Shown: one piece after another, positions 37,139 to 46,223 of the stretch
How the letters are laid out: every line of letters begins with the position of its first letter
Numbering within the stretch: the first letter of the stretch is position 1
Origin: a virus
Lineage: Duplodnaviria > Caudoviricetes
Strand: one strand, 5' to 3'
IMG/VR virus record: IMGVR_UViG_3300025387_000026
Span: 1 to 47,920 of that record
Length of the DNA stretch: 47,920 nt
Position numbers and translations under genes: made by a program
Notes under the pieces: model-generated
Database searches by the model: none
The model's input: the letters and a program-made list of their open reading frames with translations, nothing else
Told to the model about the DNA's origin: nothing

Positions 37139-37555
37139 TTACTGGTTGCCTGCAAGCCAGTCTATCGACACGTTCAGCGCGGTTGCCAGCTTGCTTGCCG
37201 TGTCTAGCGTTGGCTCTCTATCGCCTTGCAAGAGCAAGTGGATAGATTGCCGGGTTAGCCCGCTGGTTTCGGCTAATGCAGTGCCTGACAGGCCGGCGCG
37301 GTCGATGGCTTCAATGAGGCGAGAGGAAAATATAGATCGGTCAATAGCTTTTTTGTAGCCGACACAGGCAAGACAGGCAAGCATCATGCCTGTTGCCCCT
37401 TCTGGCGTGAATGGTTCTAAAACGTTTTCCCTGCCCTTAAATTTTGTTTTCCTCAGCCACCCTTGCGGGCTGATTGGCACCAACCATTTTTGTTGTTGTT
37501 CGTCTTCAATTACAAGATGAGTTTCGCGGGTGCTTATTTGCCAGAAAATTTTCAT
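37139..37555 (-). CDS. XRE-family HTH regulator with N-terminal extra domain
   Basis: RL.EA..RAGLS...LA..SGL....I..L..G.REP....A.KLA.AL.VS.DWL; AAGGAAGG RBS. Confidence 0.85.
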   Translation of the reverse strand: MKIFWQISTRETHLVIEDEQQQKWLVPISPQGWLRKTKFKGRENVLEPFTPEGATGMMLACLACVGYKKAIDRSIFSSRLIEAIDRAGLSGTALAETSGLTRQSIHLLLQGDREPTLDTASKLATALNVSIDWLAGNQ

Positions 37556-37568
37556 TGTGACACCTTCC

Positions 37569-39254
37569 TTAGTTCCACATTGATCCGCCGGATTGATAAT
37601 CACTCAACTCCTTTTGAGCATCTTCAATTTTTCCACCTGAGCGTAATGTTTCCATAGCTTCTTTGGCAGCACGATATTTGTCAGTATTCATCGATCCACC
37701 GGCTTCATGTAACATTCGCTCAGCTTTCAAATACAGTGCAGCCCTTGGGTATTTTGCTGAAAGTTCGGCAATGTTGCTTTCCGGCTGTTTGGGCATAAAT
37801 GAACCATCCTGGGATTCGTTACCCATAGCCTTGACCCATTTAAACTGGTATTGTTCGTGATCACTGTGGGCTTTTTGCAACTCATTTAACCCAGGAACAT
37901 TTTTGGTAAATTCAGCAGCCTTTTCTTCTTGATGGCTAGCAAGTGCAGAATCGTTAAAATCGGCAATAGACTTGCGAACCGTCATATCACCTATCCGTCG
38001 ATAATCTTCCGGGTTTCGGCCCATGCTTTTGAGACGTTTAGCCATATCATCGGAAACAGGCTGAGAAGTTTCCGATGTTCTCGTGTTAGGCTTTCCATCT
38101 GGCCCTATTACTGTAATCTGCAAACCGCCGCTACCGGAAAGACTCATTTTTGCAGTCATTCCGTCTGCTTCTTTGTGTACTTTTGAAAGGTCCATTTTCA
38201 GCTTCTCCCCAACAGTGTCAGTTTTCGTACCACTATCAGGATTGTAACTTGCTGTTGACGGATTGTCAACACTTGTTGCGGAATTTTTCTCCCCCTTCCC
38301 AGTCTGCGCCGGGGTTGCGGTGGATGGGGTTATGTCATGCTTGGCCGCGAGGTCGGGATAGTCTTTCAGGACACGATCATGGACATGCTTACCATCAGCA
38401 AGTGCTTTTTCAACAGCGGATTTATGTAACTGATCTTGATAAGATCGGCGATATTTGTCGCTTACATCTCCATATTCCGATTTTGCTTTTTTGTAATCGT
38501 CAATCAATTTTTGTTTTGCTTTTGTTTTTGGAGGTGGATTCAATCCATCTAGATCGTAATGATTCAATCCAGATTCTTCGGCTTTTCGTTTAGCGTCGTT
38601 AAGTTTTTGTTCTGCTTCAACGTCTTCAGGATGACTAGGTATTGCCGGCAATCCTTTCAACTTCTGGACAAAATCCCAATCACGAGGATGATTGTAAAAC
38701 TCCTTTTGAGTTAATTCGTGGGGATCTTTGCTATTATCCTCTGGCTTCTGTACCGGCGATGGTTCTGGTGCAACGGGTTTTTCTACGGGCTTGCTCGCTG
38801 GTGTCAGCTTGCCGTACCGCTTTATCGCCTGTGCCGCGCTGAGTGCCTGCCCGGTGTGGGTGTAGCCCGCCTGGTGTGCTATCGCCAGCGCGTTCGTGTG
38901 GTTCTGCAAGGCCTGATCATGCTCGGCTTGTGCCGCCTCGATCCCTACTCCCTTTTTCTTGGCAATCTCCAGCCTCGCCTTCGCTCCTGCCAAGTTATGC
39001 TCCGTCACGATATGCGCGTTGTGGTGGTACTTCGTCGGGCATGGTCCCGGTCGTTTGCTCCCCTTGCCACCGCAAAATCGCTCCAGCTCGTTGTATAACG
39101 CCGTGTCACTGAAGTAGGTGATTTCCCGGTAGACGATGTGCGCATTGTGGGCGTGCTTGGTTGGACAAGGACCGGGACGCTTACTACCCTTTCCTCCACA
39201 AAACTTTTCCAACTCCGCGTACAATTCGTGATCGGAAAAATTGGACATGTTCAT
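37569..39254 (-). CDS. Multidomain protein with duplicated N-terminal leader (putative capsid-packaged protein)
   Basis: Two 42-aa leader repeats; H...V..AL..GK.V...VL.DYPDL motif; C-terminal YPRAA.YLKAE domain. Confidence 0.8.
   Translation of the reverse strand: MNMSNFSDHELYAELEKFCGGKGSKRPGPCPTKHAHNAHIVYREITYFSDTALYNELERFCGGKGSKRPGPCPTKYHHNAHIVTEHNLAGAKARLEIAKKKGVGIEAAQAEHDQALQNHTNALAIAHQAGYTHTGQALSAAQAIKRYGKLTPASKPVEKPVAPEPSPVQKPEDNSKDPHELTQKEFYNHPRDWDFVQKLKGLPAIPSHPEDVEAEQKLNDAKRKAEESGLNHYDLDGLNPPPKTKAKQKLIDDYKKAKSEYGDVSDKYRRSYQDQLHKSAVEKALADGKHVHDRVLKDYPDLAAKHDITPSTATPAQTGKGEKNSATSVDNPSTASYNPDSGTKTDTVGEKLKMDLSKVHKEADGMTAKMSLSGSGGLQITVIGPDGKPNTRTSETSQPVSDDMAKRLKSMGRNPEDYRRIGDMTVRKSIADFNDSALASHQEEKAAEFTKNVPGLNELQKAHSDHEQYQFKWVKAMGNESQDGSFMPKQPESNIAELSAKYPRAALYLKAERMLHEAGGSMNTDKYRAAKEAMETLRSGGKIEDAQKELSDYQSGGSMWN
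38241..38270 (-). promoter_or_regulatory. Intragenic sigma70 promoter with operator
   Basis: TTGACA-17bp-TACAAT; inverted repeat GTTGAC-AATCC-GTCAAC over the -35 box; GGAG RBS and in-frame ATG at 38195. Confidence 0.8.
39006..39239 (-). repeat. 126-bp tandem duplication of the leader (third copy at 40257-40334)
   Basis: FSD..LY.ELE.FCGGKGSKRPGPCPTK..HNAHIV occurs twice. Confidence 0.92.
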
Positions 39255-39275
39255 TTTTTATCCTCTGAATAGTTT

Positions 39276-40349
39276 TTAACCGTGAATCGAAGGTTTTCGC
39301 CGTGCTACGCTCATATCCATATGACTGCCATCTAGACCGAGTTGAACCCGCTTATCAAAGATCTCAGGCAGGATCTTTTCGCCCTTCAGTTTCCGTTGCC
39401 TGCCAGCCTCTGGCCATAGGTTCAGCTTCTTGAAATAGGCTGTAGCCTGTGGGAATGCCCGCTCAATATCCGCGTGAGGAATATTGCTCGCGTAAACCAT
39501 CCTTGTAAACTCCGCAAATCCCTCGGTAGGCGCCTTCCTCCCGTAGGCTGACAGCTTGTTCCCCCGATTAATCTCCCTCCCATGAATCTTGGCCCATAGC
39601 TGGCCTTTAGACACGTTGCCAAGTGCATGGTCGATCAAATGGCCTAACTCATGGGCATAAACCCCTCTGGCGGGCAATCCAGGTGCCCCGCCGTTGACGT
39701 GGATGGACATTGCCATCGGGATAAAACCCGCCGCCATGTTGGGCCGCAATCCCTTCATCACGCCTTCCAGGTTGAAAGCTTGATCAATCTCTCCGGATAA
39801 CTCCGGGTGCTTCTGTTTAACTGCCTGAATCAATTCCTTCGTGGTGTTGACCATGCCTTGCGGTATATCCTTGGAGGATCCGTAAAACTGGGCGTGAGCC
39901 AGGTTCTTGGTTACCAGCGCCGCCGCCGCTTTCGGCATGGCTTTTATCACTGCTCCCATCTCGCTTGCGTAGTGCTGCTGGTGAGCCTGACTCAGGCCCT
40001 TATTGCTCTGGATGATCGCAGCTATCTTCCCCTGCAATGCCTTATGGTCATTGGTCAGAGCCTGCCTCGCCGTGATGTTGGCGGGCTTCGCTGGTGCTGG
40101 CCTGAAGGTATGATCTCTCTGGCTTGGCAATGGTGGAGGAACTGCCTTCCTTGGTAAGGGAGGTGGTCCCGGCTTCCGCTGGTTGGGCAATGGTGGTGGT
40201 TGCCTGCGATGCGCTGATGCTGGCAGAGGAGGGGGGCCGGATTTCCTGCGAGTCCCGGGACATGGCCCCGGTCTGCGTGACCCCTTCCCGCCGCAAAATC
40301 GTTCCAGTTCTGCGTAGAGTTCAAGATCAGTGAATCGGTGTAGACTCAT
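39276..40349 (-). CDS. Leader-bearing zincin metallopeptidase (MuF/ATLF-type toxin-like)
   Basis: AHELGH...D, LSAYG.....EGFAE; PPPLP linker; GAGGGAG RBS before ATG 40349. Confidence 0.8.
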   Translation of the reverse strand: MSLHRFTDLELYAELERFCGGKGSRRPGPCPGTRRKSGPPPLPASAHRRQPPPLPNQRKPGPPPLPRKAVPPPLPSQRDHTFRPAPAKPANITARQALTNDHKALQGKIAAIIQSNKGLSQAHQQHYASEMGAVIKAMPKAAAALVTKNLAHAQFYGSSKDIPQGMVNTTKELIQAVKQKHPELSGEIDQAFNLEGVMKGLRPNMAAGFIPMAMSIHVNGGAPGLPARGVYAHELGHLIDHALGNVSKGQLWAKIHGREINRGNKLSAYGRKAPTEGFAEFTRMVYASNIPHADIERAFPQATAYFKKLNLWPEAGRQRKLKGEKILPEIFDKRVQLGLDGSHMDMSVARRKPSIHG

Positions 40350-40356
40350 GGCTCCC

Positions 40357-41238
40357 TCAATTCGCCGCGAATGTCGCGCCTTGTGCCTGCAACTCATTCC
40401 ACTGGGCTTTTGAAATGATTTTTGTTTTACATCTGCAACCATGGCCGTCGTATTCCGGAATGTCTCGCACATCCCTAAAGGTCCTTGTCGACGGGTAGTA
40501 GTTGCGGTGCCTCGCTCCATGTGCTGGCCTTTGTCGTCCGTCCATCGTGGTAATCCATTGCCATGCCGGAAATTCCGTGGCGAACAACTTCCGGACCTCA
40601 TCAAACCCCTTGCGGAATCGGTCGTGCATGGTGTTGCCAACAACCTGATCCAGATAGCTCGGATTGTCGGGAGTAATGCCCAATATTTTGACAATCTCCG
40701 CTTTCAACTTGTCGGATAATCCTGTAGCCTGTTTCCCGATCAATCCCGTTGTCTGGCCTGCTGCTACCTCAGGGGCTTGTCCGGATTCTTCCTCCTGAAC
40801 CGCTTCCAGTTTCTTCATTACCTTTTTGCGGATGGTTTCTCCCGTATGGATCGCCAGCGCAATGGCAAAGGGAAGCAGGAGATTATGATCCTGTTTCGGT
40901 TGTGGTGGTTCCTCTGCTGGCAGTCCTGCAAGGTATTCGCTGATCTGCTGATAAAGGGCGTGTTTGCCGTATTCCTCTGCTGATCCCATGACAAACGCCA
41001 ATAGGTCAGCCAGCGCCTTGACCTCATCAGGTTTGAACACGTTGCGGTGGGAAACCCGATCCGCCTGGTTCATATCCATGAACCGGTAAACCGCCGTGAT
41101 CGAGACCGATCCAAGGACCGCGATTGCAAGGTCCAGATCCTTTTCCAATTCCCTCAGCGCCGGGGTATCAGCTTCGTGTCGCTTTTCCTCTTCTGCGAAT
41201 CCAGTCCATCCATTCCTTGGAGATGGGAAACCCGGCAT
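40357..41238 (-). CDS. Head morphogenesis protein (MuF/SPP1 gp7)
   Basis: W.W.T..DGR.RP.H...H and P..GH.CRC; AGGAGG RBS before ATG 41238. Confidence 0.85.
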   Translation of the reverse strand: MPGFPSPRNGWTGFAEEEKRHEADTPALRELEKDLDLAIAVLGSVSITAVYRFMDMNQADRVSHRNVFKPDEVKALADLLAFVMGSAEEYGKHALYQQISEYLAGLPAEEPPQPKQDHNLLLPFAIALAIHTGETIRKKVMKKLEAVQEEESGQAPEVAAGQTTGLIGKQATGLSDKLKAEIVKILGITPDNPSYLDQVVGNTMHDRFRKGFDEVRKLFATEFPAWQWITTMDGRQRPAHGARHRNYYPSTRTFRDVRDIPEYDGHGCRCKTKIISKAQWNELQAQGATFAAN

Positions 41239-42730
41239 TCCCGGCCACCTCCTGAGACCGGTACGCACTGAAGGAATCGCCCTGATCCTGTTGCCCTTGC
41301 TGGTCTCCCTGATCATCCGGAGGCTGTGGGCTACCATCATCGGGAGGCTGTGGACCACCAGCGCCACCCGCTCCGGCTGCAGGTTTGCCCGGTAAGCAAT
41401 CCTCTTTGCTGGTTGGCGGTTTCCACCCGAATTTCTCATACAACTCAGCCTTGGAGAAATCGAGGCCCATCTCCCAGCCGGTGTAATAGTTCCGTAGCTC
41501 TGCTGCTACTTCTTCCTGATCCACCGCTGACAAACTGGCTTTGGGATAGTGTGGGGTGACGTAGTTCAGGTCTACGATGTCCCTGATGAGACCTGTCTTC
41601 CGGTCATTCAGGATCGAGAGAAGGGATTGACTCAGATACCACTTGAACAAATCGGCTTGTCCTTGCTGGACCTTGGTATTGCCTCGCCCGTCGCTTACCT
41701 GCCCTTCGATGTTGGGAAGGCTGGCCGCCTGGATTGCAAGGAAAATCTCATGTTTGTAGTCTTTGATTGCACTAGCAAAAACTTCATCCGCAGTACCCGC
41801 GACGTTTAAGACTTCGACACGAACAGACTCCGGAACCGATAGCCAATTCCGGCTGCTCAATGCCCCCAGCGCTGCGTCTAGCGTCGCCTTCTGCCCGCCA
41901 TTGGTATAGGTGCCCATCACGATAGGCGTGGCTCTGCGCTCCAGCATGACGGTCCTGAGCGTATTGGCCATCCTCATGCACCACCAAGGACGATAAGCCG
42001 CCCTCAATGCTGACTGGCCAACCGGGGAATCGTAGAGAGGCTGGTATCTGAATATCACAAACCGGGCCGGGTCGTACTCTTCTCCCGCGTTGTACCGCAG
42101 GCCTTGAATCCCGACGATATTCCGGAATCGATCTGTCAAAATAACAACATCGTTCCCGACGTCTTTTGGCTTCAGTTGCTCCAGCACGATCTTGCCTGCC
42201 CAGTCGCCGGATTGATCAACTCCGATGATCTTTTCGTTCAGACTGTAGCCGTCGATCATGCCACCGGAAAAGATGTTCCAAACTAATCCGGCTAATCCAC
42301 CTTCAAGACATTCGGAAAAGACATATTTCGTAAAGTTTGCAATCTCTCCGTCTCTGTAGCTTTTGGAAACTGGAGTGATCTGAAGGTCGAGCGCCGCGAC
42401 TCCGAGAATCTGCGTTGTAACCGCTGCCTTCACGTTTGAATCAGCCATCATCAAGCGAAAGGCCTGCTGCATTTCAGGGCTATAACCCTGCTGCTGATCC
42501 AGGTACGAAAGATAGGGAGGATACCAAGGGATGGTTATCCCTTGCGGTCCCGACGACACTTGCTCGGTGGTGAGGGATTGAACCTGCCCCGATGGATTCT
42601 TTTGATCCAGTAAAATGGCAGTCGATCCGGGGTATCCCCCGAATTTGTTGCGTAACCAGGTTATCAGGTTTTCAGAGCTTTTTGGCTTGTTTGTCGAGGA
42701 ATCAGGCTTCAGCCAGTCATAGAGGCCCAT
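41168..42730 (-). CDS. Portal protein (Mu gp29/DUF935-like)
   Basis: GYS..E, P.G...LR.AY.PW, ER..TP...G.Y; follows the terminase. Confidence 0.88.
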   Translation of the reverse strand: MGLYDWLKPDSSTNKPKSSENLITWLRNKFGGYPGSTAILLDQKNPSGQVQSLTTEQVSSGPQGITIPWYPPYLSYLDQQQGYSPEMQQAFRLMMADSNVKAAVTTQILGVAALDLQITPVSKSYRDGEIANFTKYVFSECLEGGLAGLVWNIFSGGMIDGYSLNEKIIGVDQSGDWAGKIVLEQLKPKDVGNDVVILTDRFRNIVGIQGLRYNAGEEYDPARFVIFRYQPLYDSPVGQSALRAAYRPWWCMRMANTLRTVMLERRATPIVMGTYTNGGQKATLDAALGALSSRNWLSVPESVRVEVLNVAGTADEVFASAIKDYKHEIFLAIQAASLPNIEGQVSDGRGNTKVQQGQADLFKWYLSQSLLSILNDRKTGLIRDIVDLNYVTPHYPKASLSAVDQEEVAAELRNYYTGWEMGLDFSKAELYEKFGWKPPTSKEDCLPGKPAAGAGGAGGPQPPDDGSPQPPDDQGDQQGQQDQGDSFSAYRSQEVAGNAGFPISKEWMDWIRRRGKATRS

Positions 42731-42789
42731 AGCGTCTCTCCGGTTTTAGGTCCGGGGAGTTTAATGGGTTCATTCAGTATCCAGCAAAA

Positions 42790-44235
42790 CTACCATTTCT
42801 TGTAGAAGCTGCCCTCGTTTGGCATGGCAAAGCCTGCATCGGATGGAATGGAGGATAGCACGGTCGAACGGTTACTTGTTCCCGGGCTCGGTTCCGGACT
42901 CCAGATTCCCCTGAAAGCATTCGCTAACTTGTTAAATCCGAGACTGCTAGCGTCCACCTGATCGTCGCTTTTCCGTTCAGGGAATCCGTGAAGTTCATCA
43001 AGATAGGCATCGTTCCATTCCCCCGCCACGATCCGCACGTTGCCCGCCTCGCACTGTGCCGCGAACGGTCTGGCCCGCGTCAGTTTGTCCCCTGTCACGC
43101 GATCCGTGTGAACGCTGAATCCGACCAGCTCCCGAACCGATATTTCCGCTGATTCCTTGCCACCAGACCCGCCTTCCTGCTCAATCCATATTTCAGTTTC
43201 AGGACCATCCATCTGTGCCGTCTGCTGGATGATCCGGTTCCGTTCTGCTGCTGACCATTGCCCCCGTATCACGCTCTCTATCCAGTAGATCCCATCGTCT
43301 CCCACGCTGATCAGGACACCGCACGTCCAGTCTCCAGCGCCGGGAGTGGAGGCCTTATCCCACGCCCGGACCCGTCGCCTTGCATATGATGGTGCCACTG
43401 GAACTATCTGGAACCAGGCACGATTAAATACCAGACCCGCCGCTGGTCGGATTTTCCAGTTTCCTCCCAGCAATCGCTCCCGCTCCACCATGGGAAGGAC
43501 AAGCAGGTTAGCCAAATAGCCGGGATCAGCCGCCAACAATGCCGGATTATCGGTTAGTTTGGCCGGTATAAACGTGAGACTCTTGGCGGGGATAGAAGGG
43601 TATTTCTCAGCCAGTTCTTTTTTGCTATCTGCCCATTCCAGCCGGTCATTAACCCGAACAAACCAGCGCAGTTTTCCTGCGCGATCATTGATCGGGAGGC
43701 CGCCATCCGTGTCGATCCACCACGACAGCAACTTTGCGACCCATGAATCGGCATCCGGGTTACAACTCGCTCGGACATACGGCTTGACCCCACACATCGA
43801 CCGATTACGCGAGAGTAAATACCAAAACTGGTCCGCGCTGAAGTGAGTGAGTTCATCGAAGATGATCAAAGGCAATTCGCTGCCCTGAAAGTCAAAGATA
43901 TTTTTATCATGCTGGAGATGGGAGAATCGTACCGTGGATCCTGAAGGGAATTTCCATCTCAGATTGCCTACCGTGGGCACTGCTCCAGTCTGAGGATAGA
44001 TTTTGGTCGATTGGTCCCAGAGGCCGCCTGGAAGGGTTATCTGTGGAGATGTCCGACGAAAGAACACCGCCGAAAAATTCGGGTTATCCTTGTGGTAAAG
44101 AGGTTCCAGGAGCAGTGAATAAGACTTGCCGCCCCCAGCGCCACCGCCATAAATCGCTATATCAGCCGGAGATTGCAAAAACATCTCCTGCCGTGGCTGT
44201 GGCCTGATCAGTGCTGATTGTTGATCACTCATCAA
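42790..44235 (-). CDS. terL: Terminase large subunit
   Basis: PQPRQ, GGGAGGGKS, FDELTHF, SCNP, RAWD.A, EQE.GSGGK, DDQVDA. Confidence 0.96.
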   Translation of the reverse strand: MMSDQQSALIRPQPRQEMFLQSPADIAIYGGGAGGGKSYSLLLEPLYHKDNPNFSAVFFRRTSPQITLPGGLWDQSTKIYPQTGAVPTVGNLRWKFPSGSTVRFSHLQHDKNIFDFQGSELPLIIFDELTHFSADQFWYLLSRNRSMCGVKPYVRASCNPDADSWVAKLLSWWIDTDGGLPINDRAGKLRWFVRVNDRLEWADSKKELAEKYPSIPAKSLTFIPAKLTDNPALLAADPGYLANLLVLPMVERERLLGGNWKIRPAAGLVFNRAWFQIVPVAPSYARRRVRAWDKASTPGAGDWTCGVLISVGDDGIYWIESVIRGQWSAAERNRIIQQTAQMDGPETEIWIEQEGGSGGKESAEISVRELVGFSVHTDRVTGDKLTRARPFAAQCEAGNVRIVAGEWNDAYLDELHGFPERKSDDQVDASSLGFNKLANAFRGIWSPEPSPGTSNRSTVLSSIPSDAGFAMPNEGSFYKKW

Positions 44236-44671
44236 CAGTTTTCTTTTCGGGGAGATAAATAGTTACCTGCCCGCCCGCGTTTATCTGGACCTGTGCGTCT
44301 GGTCTAAACATGCCGATCTGTTTACCGATCAGTTCCAGCGACTTGTTCACGACGTTGCCCTGGTAGGTGTACTGCCCGGTAGGATTGCCCTGCGCGTCGG
44401 TAATTGGTTCTGCTTGTGCTGCCCGGTTTGCGTTCCTCACCAACCGATCCAGCACCCATGCCGCGTTGATCTCCGCTTTCTCCTGCATCTTCGCTCGGCC
44501 TGCTTCGATAGCCTTTTGGACGTCAATATTTGTCAATATCTGGTATGCCGCCGAACGTGCCGATTCATCGCTCTTAACCTTATACCCTGCTTGCCGATAG
44601 GCATCCGTATGGGATAGCCCTTTCAGGACTCCCTGCACGAATTTCAGTTGTTTGCTATTCAGGTTCATCAT
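44225..44671 (-). CDS. terS: Terminase small subunit
   Basis: LNSKQ.KFV, AY..AGY, LELIGK.IGMF. Confidence 0.9.
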   Translation of the reverse strand: MMNLNSKQLKFVQGVLKGLSHTDAYRQAGYKVKSDESARSAAYQILTNIDVQKAIEAGRAKMQEKAEINAAWVLDRLVRNANRAAQAEPITDAQGNPTGQYTYQGNVVNKSLELIGKQIGMFRPDAQVQINAGGQVTIYLPEKKTVDE

Positions 44672-44923
44672 CGGAGTGTAATTGGGTGGAATGGGAACGG
44701 GCAATTTGCTCAAAGGCAGATTCAATTTCGATAAATTTCATTCTTGGACTTTTTCTTGAAAATTTCAAACCCCAATCAAGCACAAAGAAAGTCGTTGCAA
44801 CAATCTTGATCGGTGCCTTGTGGCAGACTCTCCGTATCTGACCATCTATGTAAATTTTAGCAACGCCTGATACCAAGCAGATTTTTTTAACGTCGGCTTC
44901 GATTGATTCGCCATTTCGGTCTA

Positions 44924-45130
44924 TTACCTCAATGGCTGCATTTCTACCACGACCCCTTTGCGATTTAGTCCCTCAGCGAGGGCGATTTCTGCAAGTTGGC
45001 GGGTGTGATAAGTTTTGAAACCCGTTTCTTTTTTCGCATAAGAACTACACGGAATTAGCTTCCATATGGTGGTTTCAATCCATTTCAAATCCTCTAAAAC
45101 TCTGGTATCCATTTGTTGGAAACTAAACAT
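44924..45130 (-). CDS. Hypothetical protein
   Basis: Short ORF upstream of terS; start uncertain. Confidence 0.45.
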   Translation of the reverse strand: MFSFQQMDTRVLEDLKWIETTIWKLIPCSSYAKKETGFKTYHTRQLAEIALAEGLNRKGVVVEMQPLR

Positions 45131-45300
45131 TCAATCGTGTAACTGATTTGGTATCTCAACAGCATTCCTTCCGGTTTATACGGATCTGCTTTTGACCACA
45201 GTTCCAAAAGCAGGTCAACCGGCATCGACCTAAGAACCTGGTAAATATAATTCATTGCTTCACCAGACACATTGTTGGGATTGTAATTAACGTTTGTCAT
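45094..45300 (-). CDS. Hypothetical protein
   Basis: 68 aa, AGGA RBS. Confidence 0.5.
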   Translation of the reverse strand: MTNVNYNPNNVSGEAMNYIYQVLRSMPVDLLLELWSKADPYKPEGMLLRYQISYTIECLVSNKWIPEF

Positions 45301-45629
45301 TTTATCCTGGTTTTTTGTTTTGTAAGTCTATCCAGCAAAGCACATAGAAAAGCTGCACCATAACATTTTGTGCATAGTAAAGCTTCAAATGGTACTGCGG
45401 GAAATACAACAGTTTAAAGCGATTAAAAAGCAAAAGTTTCTTTGCAAAACTCGCATTTGGTCAATTTTTCAGGGTGTTACGGTATACGGATTCGGTATTT
45501 TGACTACACGCCCAACCCAATCTTTTGTTACAGTTTGCACGAAAACAACATCGCCTAATTTAAGATCCACCCCTCACCCCCTCACTTGCTAACGAGACGC
45601 TGGCCCCGGTTGCCATGGCAGGCCTGGTA

Positions 45630-46223
45630 TTACTGTAGGATCAACCATCTATCCACTTCCTCCCAACAGGCATCAAAAATTTCCCCGCCTTCAGTATCCC
45701 AACGATCACCATAAAAATGGACTATTTGAGGCTCCCGGCTAGTCTCAGCTACCACATAGGTATCATGCTGCACCTGTGGTACAGATCCTCCCTTAGCTGG
45801 TCCCGGTTGCCATGGTAGTTGCTGGTGGGTGTCGGACATATTTGTCTCCTTTACTTCAAAATTAACCATCGATCTACAAGTTTCGGGTCCACCCTGCCAA
45901 GAGATGCTATCGCTGAAAGCATCGTCCGGCACTGGATCAGGTTTGCCTTCGCCGCGATAAAAAAAACGGCAAACCTTTTTCTTTGGTGTCGCATCCTGCG
46001 GAGGCTGTGGCGGTGTCGTATAGCTTGAGCCGCCTTGCGGTGGTTTCTTGCCGCCGGAGCCACGACGAGTTTTTAAATTTGCGAACACTCCGGCAGTATC
46101 AACCAACTTTTTCGCCCGCTCCCAATTTTCGCACTTGCTGCAGTGCTTTGCATGACAAAAACAGGAAGGGACCAGCGTGTAAAGGGCGTCAGCCATTTCC
46201 GCGATTAGTTCAGTTGGTGTCAC
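45630..46223 (-). CDS. Hypothetical protein with Cys/His N-terminus
   Basis: Conserved with the allele at 1-342; may be two fused or overlapping ORFs. Confidence 0.65.
   Translation of the reverse strand: MTPTELIAEMADALYTLVPSCFCHAKHCSKCENWERAKKLVDTAGVFANLKTRRGSGGKKPPQGGSSYTTPPQPPQDATPKKKVCRFFYRGEGKPDPVPDDAFSDSISWQGGPETCRSMVNFEVKETNMSDTHQQLPWQPGPAKGGSVPQVQHDTYVVAETSREPQIVHFYGDRWDTEGGEIFDACWEEVDRWLILQ
45882..46212. repeat. Imperfect repeat, copy 2
   Basis: Aligns to 1-328. Confidence 0.95.

Larger units (their letters stand above)
1..45881. mobile_element. Temperate phage genome (Mu-like head, siphovirus-type tail), probably circularisable and in excised form
   Basis: Full terminase-to-tail gene set, integrase with intact attP, and 1-107 identical to 45882-45988. 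Confidence 0.9.

Noticed and set aside
40350-40694. N-terminal extension of the 472-aa ORF
   Set aside because: It overlaps MuF; the RBS and shared leader place the start at 40349.
28846-42730. Transposable Mu-type phage
   Set aside because: Head genes are Mu-like, but there is no MuA/MuB; a tyrosine integrase with attP is present instead.
17749-44671. Stop-codon reassignment or contractile tail
   Set aside because: Genes are intact in code 11, and no sheath or baseplate wedge genes are recognisable.
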